Of a DNA stretch of 32,000 nt, positions 7,383 through 16,525 are shown piece by piece. The notes beneath the pieces are model-generated. The model did no database searches, was not told the DNA's origin, and worked only from the letters and a program-made list of their open reading frames with translations. Both the position numbers and the translations under genes were made by a program. The DNA lies in NCBI GenBank assembly GCA_039194325.1, contig JBCCWC010000035.1, positions 1 through 32,000 of the forward strand, given 5' to 3'. Within the stretch, counting starts at the first letter, position 1; every line of letters begins with the position of its first letter. The stretch comes from Myxococcota bacterium (GTDB taxonomy: Bacteria; Myxococcota_A; Polyangia; Nannocystales; Nannocystaceae).

Positions 7383-10300
7383 CTAGGGACCGCGCGGCCC
7401 CGGGCCGTGGTCGAGGCAGAACAAGTTGCGATCGTGGCCGGCCACGAAGACCTCCTGGCGACCATCCCCGTCGACATCACCCACTGCGGGCGAGGCCTCG
7501 ATCTCCTCGCGCCCGGTGTCGAAGCGCCAGACCAGATCACCCCGCATGGCGTCCACCACGTGCAGCGAGCCGTCCTCGAACCCAGCGATCACCTCTCGCC
7601 ACCCGTCGCCGTCGAGATCGACGACCACCGGTGACCCTGCCCCGCCCGCCTGGTGCCCGTCGGGATCGACGAAGCGGTGGCGCCAGCGCACGGCCCCCTC
7701 GCCGTCGAGGCTCAGTAGCCCCCGGGTCCGGCTGCTGACGAAGATCTCGGGTCGACCGTCACGATCGACGTCGCTGACCTGCGGTCGAGCTCGCCGCGTG
7801 GCCACGCCGAGCCAGCGACCGCGCTCGCGACCGTCTGTGCCCTCGAGCACCACCAGCGGATCGTCGTCGTGGTGGGGAGTCACGAGGATCTGCCGGGTCC
7901 CGTCACCCCGTAGATCGGCCACCGTGGGCTCGAAGTTGAGGCGGGCCCCCACGTCGGCCACCCACTGCGACTGGCCCGTGGCCGACAGGCAGACGACCCG
8001 GCCGTCGAGCGTGGCCACCACCACCTCGACCTCTCCATCCCCGTCGACATCGCTGACATGGGGCGCCCCGAAGGAGCCCAACGAGCCCAACGAGGCGCTC
8101 CACTCCAGGCCGAGGGTCTGGGCATCGAGCACGTGGATCTCGCCGGGGTCTTGCCAGGTCACGATGATCACCTCGAGCTGCCCGTCGCCGTCGACGTCGG
8201 CCACCGTGGGGCTGGCGTAGCCGATCCCGGCGTCGAACGACCCTTGCAGCGTCGCGTCGGTGCCCGAGAAACGACGCAGGCCCTTCGATCCCACGGCCAG
8301 CAGATCGAAGCCCCGCTCGACCGGCAGCAAGGCGGGCGGGCGGATCACGGTCGGCGTGTCGCGGGACACGCTGGAGGCCTGCACTCGGCCCGTTCGGGCG
8401 TCGATGATCTCGAGCTGCTTGGCCTCGCCCAGCATGCCGAACAGCGCCACCTCGAGCGCGCCGTCGCCGTCGAGATCCTCGACCACCGGGGTCGCGCGGA
8501 CGGCATCGAGCGGGCGTCGATCCCAGCGGACCTTGGGCCCCACCACCACCGCGGGGCCTCGCGCCTCGAGCAATAGATCCACGAACCCGTCGGCGTTGGC
8601 GTCACGGCTGGCCTCGATCGTGCTGGCCGGGATCCGCAGGGGCACCGTGCCCAGGGGGCGCAGGCGAGTGTCGAAGGCCCGCAGCACCCCGTCGGCCGTG
8701 CCCAGCACCAGATCGTCACGCCCGTCGCCGTCCCAGTCGGCCAAGGCCACCGCCGAGCTGGGCGCTCGGGGGAGCACGTGGCGGGCGTAGGGCGTCCCGG
8801 TGATCGCATCGAGCAGCCCCAGGCACTCGGGCTCGCCGTCCATGCGACCGAGCGCCACCAGCGGTGCCGGCGCGATCATCAGCAGTCGAGCCCGTAGTCG
8901 AGCCGATGACGCGGTGGGAGTGGGTCGGTTCCAGATCGGACGGCCGCGGCGTCCCGAGACGAGCGCAAGCTCGGGCGCCTGGCCCCCGTGTAGCACCAGC
9001 AGATCGTCGGCGCCGTCGCCGTCGACATCTCCCAGCGTATGGCCCGGGCGTAGCACCGGGCGCGCACGCACGTCATCTCGCCAGCGCTCGTCCCCCTCCT
9101 CCCCGCCCAGAGCGACCACGGTCGCGCCTCGCTCGCGCGCCAGCAGCCCCACGAGCACGCCCTGACCCGGTCGCGGCTCGAGGGACGCGGCGACGACCCA
9201 CGGCAGCATCCGCTCGACCCGCGCCCACGCTTCGCGAAGCCAGCGCTCGTCCACCGCGCCGTCGACCGTTCGCGGGGCCACCGGCAAGGCGGTGGACCAG
9301 CGCAGCGCGCCATCGGGGCCGAGCCCGTAGACCCCGTCGAGCCCGGCCACCACGGGGGCGAGCGCGCCCGCCGGATCGCGGCGCACCGCGACCTCGACCG
9401 GCTCATCGGGCAGTAGCCCGACCCATCGCGCCTGCCCCGATGCCGTATAGGCCGTAAGCGCGCCGGGCCTCAGCCCGGCCACCCAAAGATCGGCGCCGGC
9501 GACCTCCGGCGGCGCCCGGCTGTCTCGCCGTGCTCCGCCGCCCTGCCGCGTCCTCCCCTCCCTCGGTGCGCATGCGATCGCACCGAGCCCCACGCGGGGC
9601 TCGGTGCCCGCCGGGACGGCGACCGTCCACCGCGGCGACGGCTTCCGCCCGCGGACCCGCCCGTCGTAGAGCAGCAGCTCGCGGCGCTCAAGGTCCAGCG
9701 ACAGCACGGCGATGTCACGAACCCCGTCGCCGTCGGTATCACACAGCCGATAGAGCGCCCGCTCGGGGGGCAGCCGGACCTGCGAGACCTCGCGATCGTT
9801 CCAGGGATCGTAGACCGTCAGCAGGTTGAAGCGGCGCTGCACCAGATCGTCGAGGCCGTCGCCGTTGGCGTCACCCACCCAGTAGGCCTCGAGCAGGGCG
9901 CCCGAGGCGGGCCGCGACCAGGCCAGGGCCTTGCGCAGCGCCACGAACCCGGCGTTGGTCTGGCCGGCCACCGCCGTCCACTCCATGCGCTCGTCCACGT
10001 ACCCCTCGTGGCGCAGCAGCAGCTCGTGGGGCCCGGTGTCGACCGCGAGCGACCGCAGTCGCGAGCCGTAGTCGCGGCCGTCGATCAGGATGTGACCCCC
10101 GGCGGGCTCGAGCTCCAGCTCGAACATGCCCTGCTCGTGCCGTAGCTCGACCGCGACCTCGTGCACCCCACCGCGCTGCACGTCGAGCACCGTCTGGGCC
10201 GGCTCGTGGTCGGGCGCGATCACCTCGACCCGATGCAGGCCCGCCGGCACCTCCCCCCGGCCCCCGGCCAGTTCCTGCTCGTCCACGTAGATCCGCACCC

Positions 10301-11555
10301 CGGGGACCGGCTTCCCGCCGGCGGTCACCTCCACCTGCACCTGGCCGGGGCGGGTGGCCAGCCAGCCCGCATAGCCCAGCGCGCCCACGGCCAGCGGCAC
10401 CGAGCTCCACCGCATCAGACGAGCCCGGCGGCGCGCGGGATCGGCCATCAGCGCCCGGAGCAGGTCCTCCATGCTGGCGAAGCGATCCGAGGGCTCGGGC
10501 GCCAGGCCCCGCATCACCACGCGATCGACCCACGCCGGCACCCGACGGTCGTCGGGCGCCGGGCGCACCCGGGCGGCGACCTTGCTGTCGAACAGCTCCC
10601 GCAGCGTGTGGCCGGCGTAGGCATGCTGCCCGTAGAGCGCCCGATAAAGCGACGTACAAAACGCGAACTGATCCGCCTTTTGGTCGGCGGGCTCCCCTCG
10701 ATGTTGCTCGGGCGCCATGTAGGCGGGCGTGCCCAGCAAGACCCCCGTGCGGGTGAGCTTGTCCATCGCCACCGAGTCCTCGACCGGCAGGCTCAGCAGC
10801 TCCGGGGGCGCGGTGGTCGGCGTGAGCGTGTCGGGCGGGACCGACGACGACGCGCCGGGGCTATAGGTCAGCGCCAGCCCGAAGTCGACCACCTTGATCC
10901 GGCTGTCGTCGCCTACCAGCACGTTGCCCGGCTTGAAGTCGCGATGCACGATCCCCGCGGCGTGAGCCGCGGCCAGCCCCTGCCCCGCGGCCAGGAACAC
11001 GTCGACCACCTCGCGCCAGCTCCGTGGGTGGTGCTCGAGCCAGGTGGCCAGGTCGTGGCCCTCGACCAGTTCCATCACGATGAAGATCCCGGCGTCCGGC
11101 CCCGCCCGGCCGGGCCCCCCCTCGCGAGTGCCCGGGGTCAGCTCGTCCGCACGGTAGGTGCCCACATCGTGCACCGCGATCACGTTGGGGTGGGACAGGC
11201 GAGCGATCGACTGGGCCTCGCGGACGAAGCGCGCGCGAGCCCGGGCCGCCGACTCACCCGGGCGCCCCGCCCGGAGCACCTTCACCGCCACCCGACGGGC
11301 CAGCTCGGGATCGTAGCCGTCGTAGACCACGCCCGTGCTTCCCGAGCCCAGCGTCCGCAGCAGCAGGTAGCGCGATAGCTGGAGCGGCTCGCGAGCACGG
11401 GCGAACAGGCTCGACTCGACCTGGGCCAGCGCTCGCTGCTCCTCGATCGCGTCGAATTCCAGGGCCCCGTCGATCGCGTGGCCGAGCATGTCGACCGTCT
11501 GGATCGTCGCGTCGGGCTCCGGCGTCGGCGCGTCGATCCGCGGTGGCTCCCGCAC
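7383..11555 (-). CDS. Membrane Ser/Thr protein kinase with PEGA-like and FG-GAP/VCBS (beta-propeller) extracytoplasmic repeats
   Basis: Hanks kinase motifs are GSGSTGVVY, VAVKVL, HRDFKPGN, DFGLA and GTPAYMAPE. A TM segment WSSVPLAVGALGYAGWLAT lies near aa 383-401. At least 12 D-x-D/N-G-D-G-x-x-[DE]-hydrophobic repeats follow (DVDGDGADDLLV, DWDGDGRDDLVL, DVDGDGQLEVII and others). The start at 11555 is GTG, and an in-frame ATG at 11489 is an alternative. Confidence 0.9.
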   Translation of the reverse strand: MREPPRIDAPTPEPDATIQTVDMLGHAIDGALEFDAIEEQRALAQVESSLFARAREPLQLSRYLLLRTLGSGSTGVVYDGYDPELARRVAVKVLRAGRPGESAARARARFVREAQSIARLSHPNVIAVHDVGTYRADELTPGTREGGPGRAGPDAGIFIVMELVEGHDLATWLEHHPRSWREVVDVFLAAGQGLAAAHAAGIVHRDFKPGNVLVGDDSRIKVVDFGLALTYSPGASSSVPPDTLTPTTAPPELLSLPVEDSVAMDKLTRTGVLLGTPAYMAPEQHRGEPADQKADQFAFCTSLYRALYGQHAYAGHTLRELFDSKVAARVRPAPDDRRVPAWVDRVVMRGLAPEPSDRFASMEDLLRALMADPARRRARLMRWSSVPLAVGALGYAGWLATRPGQVQVEVTAGGKPVPGVRIYVDEQELAGGRGEVPAGLHRVEVIAPDHEPAQTVLDVQRGGVHEVAVELRHEQGMFELELEPAGGHILIDGRDYGSRLRSLAVDTGPHELLLRHEGYVDERMEWTAVAGQTNAGFVALRKALAWSRPASGALLEAYWVGDANGDGLDDLVQRRFNLLTVYDPWNDREVSQVRLPPERALYRLCDTDGDGVRDIAVLSLDLERRELLLYDGRVRGRKPSPRWTVAVPAGTEPRVGLGAIACAPREGRTRQGGGARRDSRAPPEVAGADLWVAGLRPGALTAYTASGQARWVGLLPDEPVEVAVRRDPAGALAPVVAGLDGVYGLGPDGALRWSTALPVAPRTVDGAVDERWLREAWARVERMLPWVVAASLEPRPGQGVLVGLLARERGATVVALGGEEGDERWRDDVRARPVLRPGHTLGDVDGDGADDLLVLHGGQAPELALVSGRRGRPIWNRPTPTASSARLRARLLMIAPAPLVALGRMDGEPECLGLLDAITGTPYARHVLPRAPSSAVALADWDGDGRDDLVLGTADGVLRAFDTRLRPLGTVPLRIPASTIEASRDANADGFVDLLLEARGPAVVVGPKVRWDRRPLDAVRATPVVEDLDGDGALEVALFGMLGEAKQLEIIDARTGRVQASSVSRDTPTVIRPPALLPVERGFDLLAVGSKGLRRFSGTDATLQGSFDAGIGYASPTVADVDGDGQLEVIIVTWQDPGEIHVLDAQTLGLEWSASLGSLGSFGAPHVSDVDGDGEVEVVVATLDGRVVCLSATGQSQWVADVGARLNFEPTVADLRGDGTRQILVTPHHDDDPLVVLEGTDGRERGRWLGVATRRARPQVSDVDRDGRPEIFVSSRTRGLLSLDGEGAVRWRHRFVDPDGHQAGGAGSPVVVDLDGDGWREVIAGFEDGSLHVVDAMRGDLVWRFDTGREEIEASPAVGDVDGDGRQEVFVAGHDRNLFCLDHGPGPRGP

Positions 11556-11601
11556 ATGGCGAGTCTACGCGGTCCCGACCGGTGGCGGCTATGCTCAAGC
11601 C

Positions 11602-12717
11602 ATGGAGCCCCGACTGGACGCAGTGGTGGTGGGCGCGGGCGTCGTCGGCCTAGCGGTGGCCCGAGCCCTCGCACAGGCCGGGCGCGAGGTGGTGGTCATC
11701 GAGGCCGAGCGCTCGATGGGCCAGCACGCGTCTTCGCGCAACAGCGAGGTGCTCCACGCGGGGATCTACTACCCCCCCGGGAGCCTCAAGGCGCGGCTGT
11801 GCGTCACGGGCCGACGCGCGCTGGTGGAGTACTGTCGGCGACGCGGCGTGGCGCATCGGCTCGTGGGCAAGCTCATCGTGGCCACCCGGCCACACCACCG
11901 CGCCACCCTGGCGCGACTTCGGGCACGGGCACGGGCCAACGGGGTGGGCGACCTGCCGCTGCTCGAGGCCGCCGACGTCACCGCGATGGAGCCCCAGGTC
12001 CGCGCCCTGGCCGGGCTATGGTCGCCGGTGACCGGGATCATCGACGGGCACGGGCTGATGCGAGCGCTGTGGGCCGACGCCGAAGAGCACGGCGCCATGA
12101 TGGCCCTGGACACCCGCTTGGTGACCGCGGCGCCGAAGGATCGCGGGCTCGTGGTGCAAACCGGGGATCTGACCCTGCGCTGCGCACTGCTGGTCAACGC
12201 GGCGGGGCTCGGGGCGACGGGGGTGGCCGCGGCGATCCAGGGGCTGCCGGCCGGGGCAGTGCCGGTCGCTCGGCTGTGCAAGGGCAGCTACTTCTCGCTG
12301 CCAGGGATGCAGTTCTCGCACCTGGTCTATCCGGTACCCGACACGGCGAGCCTGGGGATCCACGTCACGCTCGATCTGGGAGGCGGCGTGCGGGTGGGGC
12401 CCGATCAGCAGTGGGTCGATCGCGTGGACTACGAGGTCGACCCCGGCCGGGCACCGGCCTTTGCCGCCGCGGTGGCACAGTATGTGCCGACGCTCGATCC
12501 GGCCGTGCTCGCGCCCGACTACGCCGGGATTCGTGCCAAGATCCACGGGCCCGGGCAGCGACCGCCCGATTTCGTGATCGCGGGGCCAGCCGAGCACGGG
12601 ATCGCAGGACTGTGCAACCTGCTGGGGATCGAGAGCCCCGGGCTGACTGCATGCCTGGCGATCGCACAGGAGGTGCTGCGAACGCTGGGGATCGAGCCGT
12701 CGGCGGGTGAGCCATGA
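11602..12717 (+). CDS. FAD-dependent oxidoreductase, L-2-hydroxyglutarate oxidase/dehydrogenase (LhgO-like, DAO family)
   Basis: DAVVVGAGVVGLAVARALAQAG, SSRNSEVLHAGIYYPPGSLKARLCV and GKLIVAT closely parallel E. coli LhgO blocks (NSGVIHAGVYYTPGSLKAQFC, GKMLVAT) from memory. The start is chosen at the ATG at 11602 inside ORF 11488..12717. Confidence 0.85.
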   Translation: MEPRLDAVVVGAGVVGLAVARALAQAGREVVVIEAERSMGQHASSRNSEVLHAGIYYPPGSLKARLCVTGRRALVEYCRRRGVAHRLVGKLIVATRPHHRATLARLRARARANGVGDLPLLEAADVTAMEPQVRALAGLWSPVTGIIDGHGLMRALWADAEEHGAMMALDTRLVTAAPKDRGLVVQTGDLTLRCALLVNAAGLGATGVAAAIQGLPAGAVPVARLCKGSYFSLPGMQFSHLVYPVPDTASLGIHVTLDLGGGVRVGPDQQWVDRVDYEVDPGRAPAFAAAVAQYVPTLDPAVLAPDYAGIRAKIHGPGQRPPDFVIAGPAEHGIAGLCNLLGIESPGLTACLAIAQEVLRTLGIEPSAGEP

Positions 12718-12836
12718 AGGCCATGAATGGTCGCTCGGCCGTGTGCTGGTGTCCGTAGCGGCCTACTGCTACTACTAACTAAACTGTTAGTAAGGTTCGT
12801 CTCGAGCAAACAGCGATCGCCGAGTTCGTCGCGGGT

Positions 12837-12863
12837 GGGGTGCATCGCCCGGCGACGCACCCC
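12837..12863. terminator. Candidate hairpin between convergent genes (12-bp stem with 1 mismatch, 3-nt loop), no U-tract
   Basis: ggggtgcatcgc-ccg-gcgacgcacccc was read directly. It lies between the stop at 12717 (+) and the stop at 12892 (-). An unusually AT-richer patch precedes it at about 12765-12800. Confidence 0.3.
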
Positions 12864-12891
12864 CTTCGCTACGATCGTAGCTCCGCCGTGC

Positions 12892-15690
12892 TCAGCACAC
12901 GCCGGGTTGACATTGATCGTTGACGCAGCAGTAGCCGCCGGGCCAGCCGAGGGCCTGGTCGCAGTGGGCGTTGAGGGTGCACTCGTTGGTGCACCCATTG
13001 CCGTTGGGCTGACAGACGAGTTGGCTGTCGGCACAGATCATCGACTCGGGTCCGGAGCAGGCGAAGACCGGCTCGCACCGGGCCTGCGACGCGTAGTGCT
13101 CGCAGAACATCTCGTCGTCACCCCAGTAGGGCGCTTGGCCGCAAGGACTGTCGCACTGCCACGAGGGCGGCCCTGCGTTGGTGTCCCAGCACGTGCCCTG
13201 GCCAACGCCAAAGTCTTCTCCCCAGCACGACATCGCCGGGTCCGAGACATTGAACGACACGCAATCGTCCTGTTCGCCGCAGGGGCAGCCGAGCAGCGTG
13301 TTGTCCACGCCGTCCGTGGCGTCGCAGCGTCGGCACACGCCCCATCCGTTGTCGTCGGCGCAGACTCGCGACTCACCGCCGACATTGGCACAGTAGTAGA
13401 GATCGCCCTGGTCGTCGCGATACGTGCCGTCGGGGTGAAACTCGCCGCCGTCCTCATTGTGCCGATCGAGCAGAGAGCCCGCGCCGCGATCGCTGGGCTG
13501 CGTGGGTCGGCAGGGGCCTCCGACGCAGTCACGATCTCCGTACAGCTGGGCGCAGGCGGCCGGCCCGACCGCCTCGCAGTTCTGGCGCTCGGCGGGGTTG
13601 AGACAGTTGGCGTAGCTGCCGGGCGAGTCGGTCGACGTCCCGCCGTTGCAGGTGGCGGTGCTGATCACGGTACACGAGGCCTCACACGACAGATCGCCCT
13701 GCGCAAAGCCATAGTCGCCGCAGTCGAGCCCCATGGGGAACAGGCCCGGCTCGCAGGCCTCGCCCGGGTCGAGGACCCCGTTGCCGCACATGTTGCACAG
13801 CGCGGTGTCGAAGCGACACTCCTCGTTGCAGCCCAAGAGCCCGCCGACGAAGCCGAAATCGGCGCACGTCAGCCCGTCCAGATCGTCGCCATCACAGCTC
13901 TCCGGCGCCTCGATCTCGTCGTTGCCGCAGTATTTGGCGTTGTCGACCGCTTCGATGCTGTCGATGAACATCGCGCCGAGGGACTCTCCCATCCCATCAT
14001 CGACCCGGATCTCGATCTTCTGGATGTGCTCGAGGTCCACCCCCTCGAAATCGGCCAGTGGCACGCGGATCGTCTGCGCGTGCGGCTCGGGACCGACGGG
14101 GCCCATGTCACAATCGGGATGGGAGAGATCGACGTAGGCGCTGGCCAGCACCTCGTGCGACTCGGTCACCCCCAGAAATTCCGACTCGACGTAGATCGCC
14201 AGATCGAACGACGGGGGGGGATCGACGCACGGAGTCACGAGATCCGCCAAGATTCCCGCCCGAAGGCTCAGCACGTCGTAGCGCTGCAGATCGAGATCGT
14301 TGATGAACTCCAGCGTGGCCTCCGTCGAGGACCCGTTCCACTGCATCGCCAGGGCCGTCGTCCTTCGGCTCCCGCCGGGATTGGCGTAGAGATCCACGTC
14401 CGTCGCCCCCTGGAGCGGCAGCAGCGAGCCGGGAATCCGGGGGTCCCAGTCCACCTCGAAGTCGTGGATGACAAAGCGACCCCCTCCGCCCTTGGTGCCC
14501 TCTACGTACTCGGTGAATACCGTCGGCCGCTCGAACCCGAGATCGCACGCGGCGGGCCACGCCACGCAAAAGGGCGGCTTCCGGTTACCTTGAAAGTGGT
14601 TCGAGAACTCGTGTTCACCCCCGACGTTCCAGCGCAAGAATGCCGTGATGTAGGCGTTGGCGATGGTGGTCGCGCGCTCGCTGGGGTTGTTCATCGCGCC
14701 TCCCCAGTGGCCGTGGGGCACATCGAACCCCCACACCATGCTCTTGCGCATGTAGGGCCCGGGAACGGGGAACTCCTGAGACGCCATGTCGTAGAGCCCC
14801 AGGCTCTCCCCGTCGATGTCGTGGTCGCGGGATCCCTGGAGGACCAAGAATGCATCGGTCGCGTCGTCCGACAGGTAGGTGAGCTGCTTGAGCGCTTCTT
14901 TGTCGGCGGCGTTCAGCGGGACGCCGTCGGCATCGATGAAGCCACATCCGCTATCGTTGTCGATACACCCCTTCGAGGGGGCGATGCCGATCACCGCGGG
15001 TACGTCGACCGATAGATCGATCGCGTGGGTGCTGGCCACCAGCCGATTGGCGACCATGACCGCGCCCTCGCCCCCGCGGCTGTGCCCGGCGAGCACGACC
15101 GTCGTCGGATCCACGTGCGGGCCCAGGTCCGTGTCGTCGATGATGTGCCGCAGCACGCACTGCATCATCTCCGCGCGGCGAGAGACGCCCGCCGCGAACG
15201 GTGTGCCCACGGACACCGCGACCACGCCGAGACTGGCAAAGTGCTCGAGGATGCCGTCGTAGCGGTCGTAGTGCATGCCATTGCCGGGACCGAGCAGCAG
15301 CAGGGGCAGCGCGCCGGGGGGCCACGCTCCACCGTCATCGGGCCGAAACACATCGGCGACGATGGTGCCGGGGCTGCCGTTTTCGAAGGCTTCGTCCACC
15401 GCATGTGGCAGATCCCCGCACAGCTCGACGTCTTGCTCGGTGGGGCCGATGATGAACGAGTGCAGGGTGTTGACGACAGAAAAGGGCCCCGGGCAAGACG
15501 GCGAGTCACCGGGACACCCGGCCCCGAGGGCTCGTGGGGCAGCCGCGAGATCGCCGTCCGTGCTCGGTAACGGCAGTGGCTCGCCCTCGAAGGTCTCCGC
15601 GTCGATGCTACTGCTCGTGCAGGCGCCGGGTCCTGCGGCGAGGACAGTCATGATGGCAATGGTGGGAATAGTGGAGAAGCGTGGCTTCAT
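12892..15690 (-). CDS. Secreted/lipoprotein alpha/beta hydrolase (chlorophyllase/PAF-acetylhydrolase-like, GHSRGG nucleophile elbow) fused to Myxococcus-type Cys-rich repeats and a very Cys-rich C-terminal region
   Basis: The signal peptide is MKPRFSTIPTIAIMTVLAAGPGAC. The hydrolase block is VVLAGHSRGGEGAV. Two repeats are present: CGNDEIEAPESCDGDDLDGLTCADFGFVGGLLGCNEECRFDTALC and CGNGVLDPGEACEP...C. The last roughly 290 aa are extremely Cys-rich and end in ...CQPGVC. The start is set at the ATG at 15690; a GTG at 15711 is the alternative. Confidence 0.8.
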   Translation of the reverse strand: MKPRFSTIPTIAIMTVLAAGPGACTSSSIDAETFEGEPLPLPSTDGDLAAAPRALGAGCPGDSPSCPGPFSVVNTLHSFIIGPTEQDVELCGDLPHAVDEAFENGSPGTIVADVFRPDDGGAWPPGALPLLLLGPGNGMHYDRYDGILEHFASLGVVAVSVGTPFAAGVSRRAEMMQCVLRHIIDDTDLGPHVDPTTVVLAGHSRGGEGAVMVANRLVASTHAIDLSVDVPAVIGIAPSKGCIDNDSGCGFIDADGVPLNAADKEALKQLTYLSDDATDAFLVLQGSRDHDIDGESLGLYDMASQEFPVPGPYMRKSMVWGFDVPHGHWGGAMNNPSERATTIANAYITAFLRWNVGGEHEFSNHFQGNRKPPFCVAWPAACDLGFERPTVFTEYVEGTKGGGGRFVIHDFEVDWDPRIPGSLLPLQGATDVDLYANPGGSRRTTALAMQWNGSSTEATLEFINDLDLQRYDVLSLRAGILADLVTPCVDPPPSFDLAIYVESEFLGVTESHEVLASAYVDLSHPDCDMGPVGPEPHAQTIRVPLADFEGVDLEHIQKIEIRVDDGMGESLGAMFIDSIEAVDNAKYCGNDEIEAPESCDGDDLDGLTCADFGFVGGLLGCNEECRFDTALCNMCGNGVLDPGEACEPGLFPMGLDCGDYGFAQGDLSCEASCTVISTATCNGGTSTDSPGSYANCLNPAERQNCEAVGPAACAQLYGDRDCVGGPCRPTQPSDRGAGSLLDRHNEDGGEFHPDGTYRDDQGDLYYCANVGGESRVCADDNGWGVCRRCDATDGVDNTLLGCPCGEQDDCVSFNVSDPAMSCWGEDFGVGQGTCWDTNAGPPSWQCDSPCGQAPYWGDDEMFCEHYASQARCEPVFACSGPESMICADSQLVCQPNGNGCTNECTLNAHCDQALGWPGGYCCVNDQCQPGVC

Positions 15691-15864
15691 GGACCCGTCT
15701 AGTTCCCGCACCGGGCCTACTGGATCTCGAAGTCGTTGGGCTCCCCGGGCGTGAGCATCGCCCGCGTCGTGATCCGATCGTACGGCCGCGGGAACTAAAG
15801 GAGTGAGTCCTCACCCGAGCGAGCACTGACGCCGTTGCCACCCATTCGCTCCACCCCCGGATCC

Positions 15865-16503
15865 TCAGCGACGACGCTGGTGAGCCCGAAGCTTGTCCAC
15901 GAAGCGAGCCAGCTCCGGCACGGTCTTCAGCCAACGAGCATCGGTAACCTTGGAGCGCAGAGGCCGAGCAAGCTCCTCATAGCGTCGGGATCGCTTGTCC
16001 GGCACCCGTACGCCCCGCTTCTTACCCGTCCTCGCATCGAGCAACCCGTGGTCGAGCAACGCTGTGGCGGGATCCTTGAGCACCTCGGCAGTCTTGACCC
16101 TGGTGTGAGCGGCCAAGAGCCAGGTCTCGATCTCCTCTCGCGGTAGCGTGATCACGACTGCGTCGGGAACGGCCTCACCCATCCATCCTTTGACATGGTC
16201 ACACAAGTCATCGAGTTCGTCAGAGTCGACCTGTCGCGCCACCGAAACGAGGCGACGAATGCTCGCGTCGACCTGAACGACGACGAGGTCGAGAGTCGAC
16301 ATGGCCACCGCGCCAGACTGCAAGAACGAGCGCACCGCCTGCCAGCCCGTCGCGGGCTTGCGGATCCCAGGAGGCCGGGACAGGGCGTCGAAATCGGGCT
16401 GCAGCAGGGAGAACGTCGGATGGCGGGTATGGAGGATCTGGGCGACGATCTCACGGAGGACCGGGAAATCAGTGCTCCCTTCACAGATGATCCCGACACG
16501 CAT
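15865..16503 (-). CDS. Small TOPRIM-like protein (DUF4276 / RloB-like), putative nuclease partner of the upstream ATPase
   Basis: 212 aa. The N-terminus is MRVGIICEGSTDFPVLREIV (strand-CEG-xTD, like TOPRIM motif 1). Later blocks are LDLVVVQVDAS and LPREEIETWLLAAH (like the E-x-W-L-L block of DUF4276/RloB as I recall it). GGGGGAG lies immediately upstream of the ATG at 16503. The gene starts 22 nt after the ATPase stop. Confidence 0.7.
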   Translation of the reverse strand: MRVGIICEGSTDFPVLREIVAQILHTRHPTFSLLQPDFDALSRPPGIRKPATGWQAVRSFLQSGAVAMSTLDLVVVQVDASIRRLVSVARQVDSDELDDLCDHVKGWMGEAVPDAVVITLPREEIETWLLAAHTRVKTAEVLKDPATALLDHGLLDARTGKKRGVRVPDKRSRRYEELARPLRSKVTDARWLKTVPELARFVDKLRAHQRRR

Positions 16504-16525
16504 CACTCCCCCGAACGAGCTCGGA

